From: Marsupella aquatica
Taxonomy: Eukaryota > Plantae > Marchantiophyta
DNA: 64,000 nt
NCBI GenBank assembly: GCA_973895155.1
Contig: OZ316893.1
Span: 8,805,839 to 8,869,838 of the forward strand
Direction: 5' to 3'
Below are positions 42,251 through 53,140 of this stretch, one piece after another. Each line of letters starts with the position of its first letter. Within the stretch, counting starts at the first letter, position 1. The translations under genes and the position numbers were made by a program. The notes beneath the pieces were generated by a model. It ran no database searches. It worked only from the letters and a program-made list of their open reading frames with translations, and was not told where the DNA came from.

Positions 42251-43720
42251 TTAAAATGTATCAATGTCAATCGGATCACCAATTCCGTCCGTTTCTCGTT
42301 GCACCACATTTGGATTGAGACCATCCTTGTCCAAGTTGTCATCAACCTCAACTTCATAGGGTTCCAAAGGGACGTCATCTGCACGTGATGAAGGGCGTGG
42401 TGCAAGACCAACGTTATCATCAACATCGTAGGGTTCTATGCTTTCACTTTGACCTACACGGTCATCCAAATTCTTTGCATACGCCACCTTTGATGCCCCA
42501 TCATCTTTGACTGACTTAGCGCCCACTTCTTCGGAATTATCAGCTGATTCATGTTCGGCAGAAACATCCGCAATAGTGGGTTTCCAATGCCTAGAACTCC
42601 CACCACGAGGATCCCAATTTTTCTTGATTGAGGGGACCCTCTCGCAAAGGAATGAAGCATACGCTTCCACAAAGTGTCTCTCATCTTGAGAGTCACAATA
42701 AACAAAGCATTCGCGTTGCACCAAGAATGCTGTCTTCATCACTTGACCACCCGAGAAAAAATCAAGAATCAAGTCTCCAGCTTCTGACAAGGATTCAATA
42801 ATCCTCTGTATCATCCGCGTGGGTTTGGCATATGGATTCACCCAACCACCACGAGCACCAACTATCTCAAATCGAGGGGCCATGTGCAAAACCTTGGTCG
42901 CCTCTTCTGGGGTCAGCATCATTTTTAGATCTTCGGGTTTTGACACGTCGTCTGTGTCAACCTTTGCCTTCCCAGTGTCAATCTTGGTGACCTCAAAATC
43001 AGTATCTTTTGAACCAAAAAAGAATTTTGGCTTTGGGTGATTGGGTTTGAAAACATCATTCCAATTCACATTTTCATCTCGAGAAATTCCTGCGAATATA
43101 ACTTCTTCAATTCCGCCTCCCCAACACGAATCAAGTGGGTGCGGTTGATCCTCTCGAGAATAACTCCCATACTCAATGTGAATGGTGAGAGATTTCTCTT
43201 GTCCCAATTTTCGAAGTGAGCTTAGGACATTCATTGCAAGAGGCCCCGGATGAACAGTTATGGCTACAACGATTGTAAGATTTCGTGGTAGCTCCATAAT
43301 GTATTGCAGAAAGACCAAAACTTCTGCTTCCGTCCACAGCTTCTGGTGATCTTGACTGAAGTCAACAATGGCAAGTGAGCACGTTGGAGATGATTCTTCT
43401 ATTTCTGGTGGATCAACTATTTTCATTAGATTGTCACTAAAGAACGTGACCCACGGTTGGCTCCGAGAATGTGTCCCTCCGCCAAACTTCTGGCAATAAA
43501 TGTCATCAAGGCGCATCACCAGAGCTATTGGCAAGATTGCACTCTCCCTGGTATGATTTGGCTTCAACAGATTTGACAAAAAAACTTCACCAGCTGCTCT
43601 TCTGCATCTACTGAATTCTGCGTCAACACTCAACAATGGCAGAACCTCTACAACTTTCTTCCAATCGGTATCCGAAGGGAAATTCCTTGGATCCTTGCCG
43701 AAGTAGTACTCCTTGAGCAA
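42251..43720 (-). CDS. Beta-class amino (N4-cytosine/N6-adenine) DNA methyltransferase-like domain
   Basis: NPYAKPTRMIQRIIESLSEAGDLILDFFSGG...AFLVQRECF matches the motif X/I consensus HPtqKP..L..rii...S..GDlVLDpF.GSG..aa...R. Upstream SLAIVDFSQ sits where DL(I/V)xDPPY (motif IV) is expected, giving beta-class motif order, but the catalytic tetrad is non-canonical. Confidence 0.7.
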   Translation of the reverse strand: MLKEYYFGKDPRNFPSDTDWKKVVEVLPLLSVDAEFSRCRRAAGEVFLSNLLKPNHTRESAILPIALVMRLDDIYCQKFGGGTHSRSQPWVTFFSDNLMKIVDPPEIEESSPTCSLAIVDFSQDHQKLWTEAEVLVFLQYIMELPRNLTIVVAITVHPGPLAMNVLSSLRKLGQEKSLTIHIEYGSYSREDQPHPLDSCWGGGIEEVIFAGISRDENVNWNDVFKPNHPKPKFFFGSKDTDFEVTKIDTGKAKVDTDDVSKPEDLKMMLTPEEATKVLHMAPRFEIVGARGGWVNPYAKPTRMIQRIIESLSEAGDLILDFFSGGQVMKTAFLVQRECFVYCDSQDERHFVEAYASFLCERVPSIKKNWDPRGGSSRHWKPTIADVSAEHESADNSEEVGAKSVKDDGASKVAYAKNLDDRVGQSESIEPYDVDDNVGLAPRPSSRADDVPLEPYEVEVDDNLDKDGLNPNVVQRETDGIGDPIDIDTF

Positions 43721-44322
43721 TGAGAGATTTGAGCTTCCTCACTTTTTTCACATCCTTCGCAAGCTCCTCTATTGAGGGTATGTCAGATTTATTTGTGGCA
43801 TCTTTCTTCAGCAATGCCTTTCCTGACTTCACTTGTGTCAGGATTTTTGTGATGTCTTTCTGTGAGATCAACTCACCATCAAAGGGACGAAACATGGCAA
43901 CGGTAATTGCTTTTTCGGACTTGTTATTTCCTTCCATCCCAGCTCCATCAGGAAGTTTCCCATGCAACCACATCTCACAGACTAACCGCCACAACTCAAA
44001 AAGATCGTTGTCCGCAAAAAGTAGCCAGTATACATTTCGCAAGTCCTTCCTGCCCATAGTCATTCTTGCCAGAGCCAACCAATCCTACAATCCAAAAGGA
44101 AAGCTAGTTAGTTATCCTCAACGCAAGGGTTGGAAAAAAAGGATTCTAATGTGCGATAATAGTTTTGGATTCGGATGGTCTCAATCAAAAACAAAACTCG
44201 TACTAAACATTCCAAAAGTTCCAATACTCTTTGACAAATCGTGTCGGACTGAGACCATCCGAATCCAAAATAGAATACTCTCTATGGTAGAGAAATGCAT
44301 ACAAAGTAATCACATTTCTTAC

Positions 44323-45660
44323 CTGAAATTTTTGGTTGTCTTGAGCATTTGTTTTGTTGTCGCCATGTTTTGGTTTGTCTGGATTTCCACATTCAACAAA
44401 CTGCCGCCTCGCATGGACAACTATATCTTTAAAGCAAGACTGAAACACCATCGTGCTATTGATGGCGTTCGATCTCATGGAGTGCTCAACAAGAATTGAA
44501 GACGGTGTGCGATCAGACAATATTCTGGGTTTCCTGAATTCTAACTTCTTGGCCAACTGGGTGAGCTTGGCATCCTTTGTTGCCCAATCACAAATCCATC
44601 TCGCAGCTCTCGCAGAGTGTTGACCACTAACGGCTAGAAATTGGACCTCGCCCTTTTTCACTCCGGCCAAAAAATCCTTCCGGTCCGACTCTGTATTCTC
44701 AAAGTGGAGTACCTTTCTTCGCTCGACGTTAAAAGGAATCAAATCAGCGACATGTGGCTCATGCCCAGGTGTTTTGATCATGGAATCAGCAATGTCTTGC
44801 ACATGATCAAAATTCATCATCCGATAGCATAGTCTCGCTGGTGCGGCAAAAATACTTTCAACTGGGATCAAAAAAAATTCGTTTATCCCAAAAGTATAGT
44901 ACTGCTCCATTTGTTGAAGAACTTCATTCCCTTCTAAGACGTCTTTCTCCTCTGGAGCATGTGGCCTATCACCCTCATCTTCAGCATGTAATGAAAAATC
45001 TACAGGAGTTGAATTCACAACTCCGGTGTCGGTTTTTTGTTTCTTCTTCTCCCTCGACTTCTTCTCGGCTGGAAGCTTCTTCTTCTCGGCTGGAAGCTTC
45101 TTCTTCTCGGCTGGAGCCGTGATCTTCTTCTCAACTGAAGTAGGTTTCTCAACCAGAAGCTTCTTCTCCCTCTGCTTTCGCTTCCCTGCCGCTCTATCCA
45201 TGGTTGTTGCTGCAGTAGTTTGTGCTGTCTCCGTCGTAGTTGCTGGAGTTCCTTTGGCTGGCGTAGACTCAATTATTTTCTGTGGTTGTGTACTTTTCCT
45301 CAACTTCACCAAAGACTCTACCCATAGATTTGCTTTTTCCAAGTCAAGCGTGTGTGCAAAGGCTAGTGCCTTGGCGATCCAAACATTTGAGTCTGGTGAC
45401 ACCAGACCTGCTTTCTCAAGCAAATTGTTAAGAGTCCATGTGGATGGAAGAGAGAACTTTGATGGGTTGTTTACAATGTTGAGTTTCAAATAAAGAAACC
45501 CATAAAAAATGTCCAAAGGAAGCATTCCCTTCAGTCCTCCAATAATCTTCTCCTTTGTGTAGGATTTTGGAAAGAATCCCATCGACAACACACTTAATTC
45601 CCCACTTGCATACCATTCCACATTGAACTCGGCCGAGAAAGCCTTTGTGGGGAGCTGCAA
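44323..45660 (-). CDS. Lys-rich linker plus ParB/Srx-like domain
   Basis: YRMMNFDHVQDIADSM...P...FLAVSGQHSARAA resembles the ParB N-terminal pattern R......v..la.Si....P.....y.ii.GxHRl.A. It is preceded by PAEKKK repeats (21-bp DNA repeat, ~45055-45120). Confidence 0.6.
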
Positions 45661-46028
45661 CTTTGCCTACCTCATCGTGTCCGACACCTCTACAATGATA
45701 GAATTCATTCCTCTTCCTATCATTCCCACAGAGACCACGGGTCCGATGACCAATGTTTGGTTGTTGCCTGTCCTGATCTTGACACATAACACTAGATCCT
45801 GAATGTTAAATGAATTCAGGCGGAAGTTAACTCGTGAGAACTCAAGTCCCCACCGAAATCCTGGATCACGGTCCTCCAAAATGAGCCCATCGTCGCAGTC
45901 TGCCTCTGAAATGGCGAGAGTTGTATTCACCAGATCACTCTCTGCATTGGAGAGTGAAAATTCATATTAGACTTCAAATCCATGAAATTTGTTTTAAGAA
46001 ATCACTGTCAAAGTGAGATTGAGGGCTC

Positions 46029-46500
46029 TTGGATTCGGACCATCCGAATCCAATACAAGAAGCCCACTTGGATTCGGATGGTCCGAATCCAAACAACCCT
46101 CTTAGATTCGGACCATCTGAATCCAATCAAGCCACTTGGATTCAGACCATCCGAATCCAAACAACCCACTTGGATTCGGATGGTCCGAATCCAAACAACC
46201 CACTTGGATTCAGACCATCCGAATCCAATCAAGCCACTAGGATTCGGATGGTCCGAATCCAAACAACCCTCTTGGATTCAGACCATTCGAATCCAAACAA
46301 CACTCTTGGATTCGGACCATCCAAATCCAAACAACCCACTTGGATTCGGATGGTCCGAATCCAAACAACCCTCTTGGATTTGGATGGTCCGAATTTAAAC
46401 AACCCTCTTAGATTCAGACCATCCGAATCCAAACAACCCACTTGGATTCGGATGGTCCGAATCCAAACAACGCTCTTGGATTCGGACCATCCGAATCCAA
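46029..46500. repeat. Array of 14 palindromic 25-mers, 34-bp period, in intron 1 of the cargo gene
   Basis: TTGGATTCGGA(CCA/TGG)TCCGAATCCAA at 46029, 46068, then every 34 bp from 46102 to 46476. The 9-bp spacers are ACAACCCAC, ACAACCCTC or TCAAGCCAC. Confidence 0.95.
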
Positions 46501-46679
46501 CAACTTAAGATGCATGAATAAACCTCCGGGAACTTACTTTGGACTTGAGATTGAAATTCTTGGGAATCCCTAAGCGCTAGGGCCACAAGATCACCGACAG
46601 AGGAGAGATCCAAGTCATCAGATTCTTCGGCGAGCAGGACGATGACGGTTTTCTTGGCAACTTCCATTTTTAGGAGTGA

Positions 46680-47160
46680 CACGTGGCAGGATATACTGAG
46701 GACACGTCAAGATGGGCAAGATCTAGGGCGTTGTAGCAGATTAGGGCAAGAAGGCAATTAGGGCAAGGGCAAGGGATAGCGGCGGCAGCCAGCCAAGAGC
46801 GAGAGCGAGGAGCGAGAGGGAGGAGCGAGAGTGAGGAGCGACAGAGAGAAAACAACAATGAGGTCTATGGAAGACCTCGTCCTCCCTTTACCCCCTCCTG
46901 AAAGGCTTGTTTGCGTACGGATGATCGCTGCACGGATCATCTCTGTACGGATCATCTCTGTACGGATAGAGACCAAGAAGGGATCTGGTCCTATCAGTTT
47001 GGGTGGGACGCTAGCTGTATTGTCTGACACAATGGATTGAAAAAGGATTGGATGATTGTTCTAACCGCGATACTCGGTGTTGCCTCAACCTGATCGGATC
47101 GCACATTCAGGGCCGAACATACCAACCCACGAGTATAAGAGGTACTCTACGGACATTGAT
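46680..47160. promoter_or_regulatory. Putative bidirectional promoter between the cargo and transposase genes
   Basis: Lies between the two divergent first exons. TATA-like TATAAGAG at ~47134 (+), a CT-rich leader on the minus strand (46790-46850), and a TACGGATCATCTCTG-like tandem repeat at 46915-46968. Confidence 0.45.
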
Positions 47161-47557
47161 CATTGTTGTTTTAGTTTCATATCTTCACTTGGGCATCCAG
47201 GTCTGCGCAACTCCTCCTCAGCTCTTCTCTCTGATGGAGTTTAGACTTGAAGTGGCTTTGATAGCTTTCTTACTCAGATTGATATGAACTTATTCATCAA
47301 TTTAGAGGTAGCAGAGCCAACCTTGGAGACATACTGGAAAAACAAGACTGCTGAGGTGAGTTATGGTCTTAGTCGCTTTGCTTATTTTGAGTTCTTAGGG
47401 AAGAGAGACGAACCCTTTCACTTTGTTCTGCATTCTAGTGACTTCCCAATTATTATTTCACGAATTACCCAATGTTCCGAAAAACCCGGAATGTCTAAAT
47501 TTGATTAGGAAGAGATCTCAATCTCAATATATCCATCTCAACATAATCTTCATTGTG

Positions 47558-48660
47558 GAGTTAGACCATTTGAATCCAGACTTGATGTGTGGATTATAAT
47601 GGTCCTAATCCTAGATTGTTGTTTGGATTCGGATGATCCAAATCCAATCCATTTCTAGGATTGGGACCATCTGATCAGATTCCAATCTTGGTTTGGATTC
47701 GGATGGTCCTAATCCAAGAGGGTGTGTTGGATTCGAACCATCCGAATCCAACCGTGCAATGCTTAAATTGTGACCTTTGGGATCCAATCTCGGTTTGGAT
47801 TCGGACCATCCCAATCCAAGCGAGATGGTAAATACAGTCTGGTTTTTGATTTGGATGGTCCGAATCCAAGAGGGTGTGTTGGATTCGGACCATCCGAATC
47901 CAAGCGTGCAATGCTTAAATTGTGGCCTTTGGGATCCAATCTCGGTTTGGATTCGGACCATCCCAATCCAAGCGAGATGGTTGAATTTGGGCGTTTTAAA
48001 TACAGTCTGGTTTTGGATTCGGATGGTCCGAATCCAAGAGGGTGTGTTGGATTCGGACCATCCCAATCCAAGCGTGCAATGCTTAAATTGTGACCTTTGG
48101 GATCCAATCTCAATTTGGATTCGGACCATCCCAATCCAAGTGAGATGGTTGAATTTGGGCGTTTGAAATACAGTCTGGTTTTGGATTTGGACCATCCGAA
48201 TCCAAGTCCGATGCTTAAATTGGGACCTTTGAAATACAATCTGGGTTTGGATTTGCGCACCATCCCAATCCAAGCCGGTTTGTTGAATTGGGACCTTCGG
48301 GATAGAATCTGTGTTTGGATTCGGACCATCCGAATCCAAGATGGTGGGTTGGATTCGGACCTTTGAAATACAATCTAGTTTTGGATTCGGACCATCCGAA
48401 TCCAAGCCCGGTGCTCAAATTGGGACCTTTGAAATAAAATCTGGGTTTGGATTCGGACCATCCCAATCCAAGCGCGTTTGTTGAATTGGGACCTTTGGGA
48501 TCCCATCTGGGTTTGGATTCGGACCATCCAAATCCAAGAGGGTGAGTTGGATAGAGGTTGGTTTGGATTTGGATGATCCCAATTCAAGCGAGATGCTTAA
48601 ATTTGACCTTCGGAATACAATCTTCATGGTTTTGATTTGGACCACCCCAATCCAAGCGTG
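47558..48660. repeat. Second array of the same 25-bp palindrome (about 20 copies plus degenerate variants) in intron 1 of the transposase gene
   Basis: Copies at e.g. 47693, 47727, 47795, 47879, 47947, 48013, 48047, 48115, 48181, 48315, 48381, 48447 and 48513. Higher-order ~168-bp repetition. Bounded by GAG|GTGAGT (47356) and TGTGCAG| (48778). Confidence 0.9.
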
Positions 48661-48778
48661 ATAGTTGAGCCAATGTTTGGATTCTCGGAATGGCAATCAA
48701 ATGACCGTATGGATAATTGTGAGTCTCTTCAAATTCTTGTCATTCGGATTTGTGATGGTTTTTCTGAAAATTGTGCAG

Positions 48779-51700
48779 GTTACTAAATCCAAGAATGACT
48801 GGAAGGTTTTCAAGAGGTGATGATGTGACCTTGACAATTGATGGATATGATGTCGGTTGTGGGACAGTTCAGAAAATTAACCCCCAGGATAGGGTGCACA
48901 ACATATTGTTGGGGGATAATCGAATTGGTGTGCTCGTGGAGAAGGTTTTTGAGCCAACTCGAAAACTACCATTTCCACTACCAAGGGTAGAAAATCTTTT
49001 TGATGCCATTGACTCATGTGTTATTTGGGAGATCTCATGCGCATATCTCTCTATAACTCTAGATTCCCAAAAATGCATCAGTACTGGTAGTTGTTCAACT
49101 CGACCAGATAATAACTTGGATAAATCTCCTACAATTGTTATGGAGGATGCATCAAACACTCTAAGGCAAGGGGACGAGGTTGAAATGCTCATTGATGGGT
49201 GTTGTGTAGCCCTTGGAGTTATTTTCAAGGTAAATCCAAAGGACCGATGTCACAACATATTACTTGGTGAGTCTCGGATCAGTGTGAAAATCACTGATGT
49301 TATTCATGGTAGTAAGGCTTTACCTTACATACACAATGGGGCTGAAACAATTGAAGAGGCAAAAGACTCATGGGTTCTCTGGGACTTGGCCGATGTTCAT
49401 AAAAAAGGTTGGAATGTTGATGAAGGTAGAAAGTCTTCCTCTAAGAAGCAAGGTGATGGCGACGTTTTAATTGAGGAGAGTTTTGTCTCACATTCTCCAT
49501 CGACAAAATCGACCAAAACTCATTCTGATTATTACCAACGGTCCAATTGGATGTCAGAGTTGGTCGAATTATACATTGGTTCAGGACGATCGAGTAAGGT
49601 TGCCACTGGGACTATCACTGTGCCTCAAGCAACGGCGGCTGTTGATGATGAAATCCTGGGAGAAGACTATGTAGGGGTTGTTGTGAAAGATGTCATGGAA
49701 TTGCAATACTTTCCAAGCATTCACAAGGGAGTAATTAGTTTGGTTTGTTGGCGAATTGATCACACAAAACTAGTAGCAACTGGAAAATTTTTGTCAGACA
49801 TTCTGGTAGAAGGTACAGAGAATATGGAGTCAATGGATAGGGATGATCTGAATCCGGATCATGTGGTTGGATCCGCATCCGGATGTCGTCAAAGGCCATA
49901 TAACTTCAACAAGAGGAATCAAGTTGATCCTGTTGAGAAGAAAAGGAGGCTCTTGCAAACCAAGGCAGTTTCAAAAACAACAGAAGCCGCAATTGATGAG
50001 ATCAAAAGAGTAAATTGCTGCAAGCATAAATGTTGTCTCATTATGCCAAGGGAAATATAGAAGATGTTAGGATGGAATTTCACGGGATGTCTAGCGAGTC
50101 CAAAACATCACACATTTTCAACCTCTTCCACTACAGAGAGGATGATGTTCGTGATAAGGGACACCATGTTCTCAAAAGTATGGTCATCTGTAAAGATGCA
50201 TTTGCAACCATCCATGGTTTTAGTCACACCAAGTATTATGATTACAAGAGAAGATACATGGAGGGTTGCAAAATTGGGTTCCATGGGAACACAGGCTTGA
50301 AGAAAACAAGGTCAAATACCTTGCATGCGCGAGCTCTTCTAGAGACATTTTTGACTCAAAATGCAGAGCCAATGCCTCATATGCCTTATGGAGGGGCTCA
50401 TGGGACAGACAGCATTGAGTATCGACTTCCAGCGTGTTACAAAAAGTTAGAGATTTTGGAAGATGTGAGAACAAAGATGAAGGAAGAAGGGCTTCCTCCT
50501 GTTACGGATAACACTCTCTACAAGATATGGAGCACATCATTTGCAAACTTCAGTTTTCACAAGGATGGCGCATTTGCCAAGTGTACGCTTTGAATACAAA
50601 GACAGTTTGATGCGAGAGAGAAGGAAAAAAGAACGTGCTGAAATTGAAGAAAAAAGAGCTCAACATCTTCGTGAGCAAATGTCACGTAGATATGTTTACT
50701 ACGCTCATCGAGTGATGGCCAAGCAACATCCAGGAGAATATCTTTGCATTATTCACGACAAGATGGATCAAGCAAAGACATGGATTCCAAAAATGGTTAG
50801 TACTCCTAAATCACTTTCGGGTCATGGAATGCCGCTACCTATCGCTCTCACGGGGATGTTGACCCACGGGAGAGATCCAGGAGTATATGCACACTTTAGT
50901 GTCACTGGCCTTTGGCCAGGAGATGCAGATTTCACAGTGACATCATTGGCTAAGTGTCTTCGAGATCTTGAAGAGTACAATGGAGACAAGACAGGTGACA
51001 TGCTTGATGGCTTGCATTGGGAACCTCACAGACCTTTCTTTCAAGCCCTACTTGACTTTGATGCATTTTTGTCGGGATATTTGGAACCAAAGAATATTCA
51101 AGTAAATAGGTATATTGGTTCTGAAGATGGAGCTACCGACAGTCAGACTGAGACCATCCCAACCCGACAGGATGAGGATGATGGAGGGGACGTGGGTGGT
51201 GAGAAGGGCAGTCCGTTGTTCATGCCCTTGCCAAGGCACCTAACATTGCAAATGGATAATTCAGCAAAGGACAACAAAAACCAAACGGTCATGGCATTTT
51301 GCTCGGAGCTTGTGAGTAGAGGAATATTTGAAACTGTTCAAATGTCCTTTCTAATGGTTGGTCATACGCACGAAGATGTTGATGCACTATTTTCCAAGGT
51401 ATCATATCAAGTTCAGCATAAGGAAGTTGCAACCCTTCTTGCACTAATGGCAGAGGTTTGGGAATGTGAGAGCATTCATCCAGTTCCAAGATTGATACAA
51501 GAAGTTGCATCTTACAAAGAATATCTTCAAAGTTTTAAGGTCAAAGATATTCAAGGTCACTCAAAACCGGTATCATTTCTTTTCTCTATGAGAGATAATG
51601 TACCAATATTTCAGTATAAGTCCCATGTTAAGCAAGCTTGGGCTCCCGTTGGCGGAAGGTGCATTTGGGCAACTGATCCAATAACAAATTCTCTTCTTTT

Positions 51701-52580
51701 ACCCAGTGGACAACCCTTAGCTAAATCCATAGGAGAGATACACAAAAAATCAGAAGAGATAATCCCATTCCTTAACAAGTACCTTGATTTTTTGAGAAGG
51801 AGTTGCATTGATGAGACGTCAATAGCATACAAGGAAAGATTTCCTCTTGTTAAATATTGGGAAAGAATTGTGGAGCTGTTGTCAAATGGGCTTGCAATGG
51901 AAGGGGAGGGAAATAATCAATTTCCATTGAAAAATGGATTTTGGCCTAAGACTAACCACAGCACTGGTTACAAGGTCAACCAATCGGCATGCGAACAGAG
52001 TGGTCCTCTAAGTGAAGATGAGGAGAATGCAGAGATGACAGCTCTTCAAAATGAAGTCTTGGAAGAGATGGAAGATCAAGCAGCACCATTTGTTGGATCT
52101 CGAGCTGAGAGAGAACAAGGACGGTGGATTCCCCTCCAGGATATTTGTGAAGGAAACTTTGTGTTTCTTCGACCCGAGGATGATTGGGAGAAGAAAAATG
52201 GTGGAGGTCATTTCTGGTTGGTGAGAGCTTTGGGTCAGGTGGACCCTAAGCATGAAGTCCCAATTGCATCTTCAAGAGACCCTCCTTTGACTCAACAATA
52301 TGCTCCAATGTTCCCCGTAGAATGGTGGAGGCCTAAACACTCTAAACTTGATGTGAGTGAGAGTGCTAGGTATCTCAATTGTTTCATGTCCACCAAGACA
52401 TGGGAACGAGATCCAAGATTTGGTGAGAACACTCAACATTGGCAGTATGCAAATTCTGCAATGTATGGTTTTAAATCTGGAATGAAGGAAGAAAACATGG
52501 TTGGCAGAGGTTTGAAGATTCCTCGAAATGTTCTACAAACTGTCCAAAGTTATCTCCAAAGGATGGACAAGTACACTTAG
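48779..52580 (+). pseudogene. DDD-type transposase (Sola1-like/DUF7869-type core) with three N-terminal Tnp1/En-Spm-like (DUF8039-like) domains; frameshifted
   Basis: ORFs 48771-50060, 50030-50593 and 50541-52580 overlap at two frameshifts (~50055, ~50590). Catalytic-type motifs IIHDKMDQAK..IP, LQMDNSAKDNKN and SFLMVGHTHEDVDALFS. Cys motifs CCKHKCC, ICKDAFATIHGFS and FAKCTL. Three repeats of 'V.L.i.g..VA.G.v.......h...LG...i.V.v..V......LP......l..A....v.W'. Probable upstream exon at ~47235-47355. Confidence 0.8.
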
Positions 52581-52801
52581 TTGTCACTAGCTAAGATATA
52601 ATTAGATAGTTACTAGTTTTTATGTAAGAGTTATATATATTGTGAGACCATGCCATTGAGTGTTTAGTTACTTAGTAGACTATCTACTCATTTTCTAAAC
52701 TTTTGATTATTATGAATATGAATGTTTATTTTTTCTGCATAATTAAAAATATTTTTTATTAATTTATTTATTTTAAATGATTACAATAAAAGTTTTCAGG
52801 A

Positions 52802-53105
52802 AAATGTACACTTTTTAGGCCAAATGTACTCTTTGTTGCACTCAAAGCTACACTTTCTAGACTAAATGCACTGAAATGTACATTTTTTAAGCCAAATGTA
52901 TCCTTTTTTCACTCAAATGTACACTTTCTAGGCCAAATGTACTAAAATGTACACTTTTTAAGCCAAATGTACATATTTTGATGCTCAAATGTACACTTTT
53001 CATTGCCCAAATATACACTCTTTAGACCAATTGTACACTTTTTTATCCCCAAATGTACACTTTTCCAAGCCCAAAAGTACACTTTTCATTGCCCAAATGT
53101 ACATA
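52802..53105. repeat. Right subterminal repeats of the nested element
   Basis: About 15 AAATGTACACTTT-like motifs at roughly 20-22-bp spacing, just inside the right TIR. Confidence 0.9.
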
Positions 53106-53140
53106 AATCAAATAATAATACACTTTTAATGAATAGGTTG

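Larger units (their letters stand above)
40440..46667 (-). pseudogene. Spliced cargo gene: N-terminal region, Lys-rich linker, ParB-like domain, beta-class DNA methyltransferase-like domain, acidic linker, FCP1/NIF HAD-phosphatase-like domain (about 1,750 codons, disrupted)
   Basis: Predicted exons 46667-46538, 45941-44323, 44084-41584 and 41476-40440, with phase-compatible junctions (A|GTAAGT..TGCAG|AG; CAG|GTAAGA..TGTAG|GAT; G|GTATGT..TGCAG|AA). Lesions: in-frame stops at 45669-45667 and 42253-42251; frameshifts near 43720, 41715 and 41635. Confidence 0.7.
40075..53140. mobile_element. 13.1-kb TIR DNA transposon (Sola1-like/DUF7869-type transposase plus cargo gene) nested in the CACTA
   Basis: 24-bp TIRs CAGCCTATTCATTAAAAGTGTATT (40075-40098) and reverse complement CAACCTATTCATTAAAAGTGTATT (53117-53140), one mismatch. 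AT flanks both sides. Own subterminal AAATGTACACTTT repeats at both ends. Two divergent genes inside. Confidence 0.8.

Noticed and set aside
43720-45493. Plus-strand ORFs 43720-44499 and 45026-45493
   Set aside because: Antisense shadows of the minus-strand cargo gene.
46029-48660. CRISPR-like appearance of regularly spaced palindromic repeats
   Set aside because: Spacers are mostly about 9 bp and repeat each other, there are no cas genes, and the context is eukaryotic introns.
45982-48696. Repetitive ORFs (WIRMVRIQ / LDSDHPNP peptides) on both strands
   Set aside because: Translation artefacts of the palindromic DNA arrays, which lie in predicted introns.
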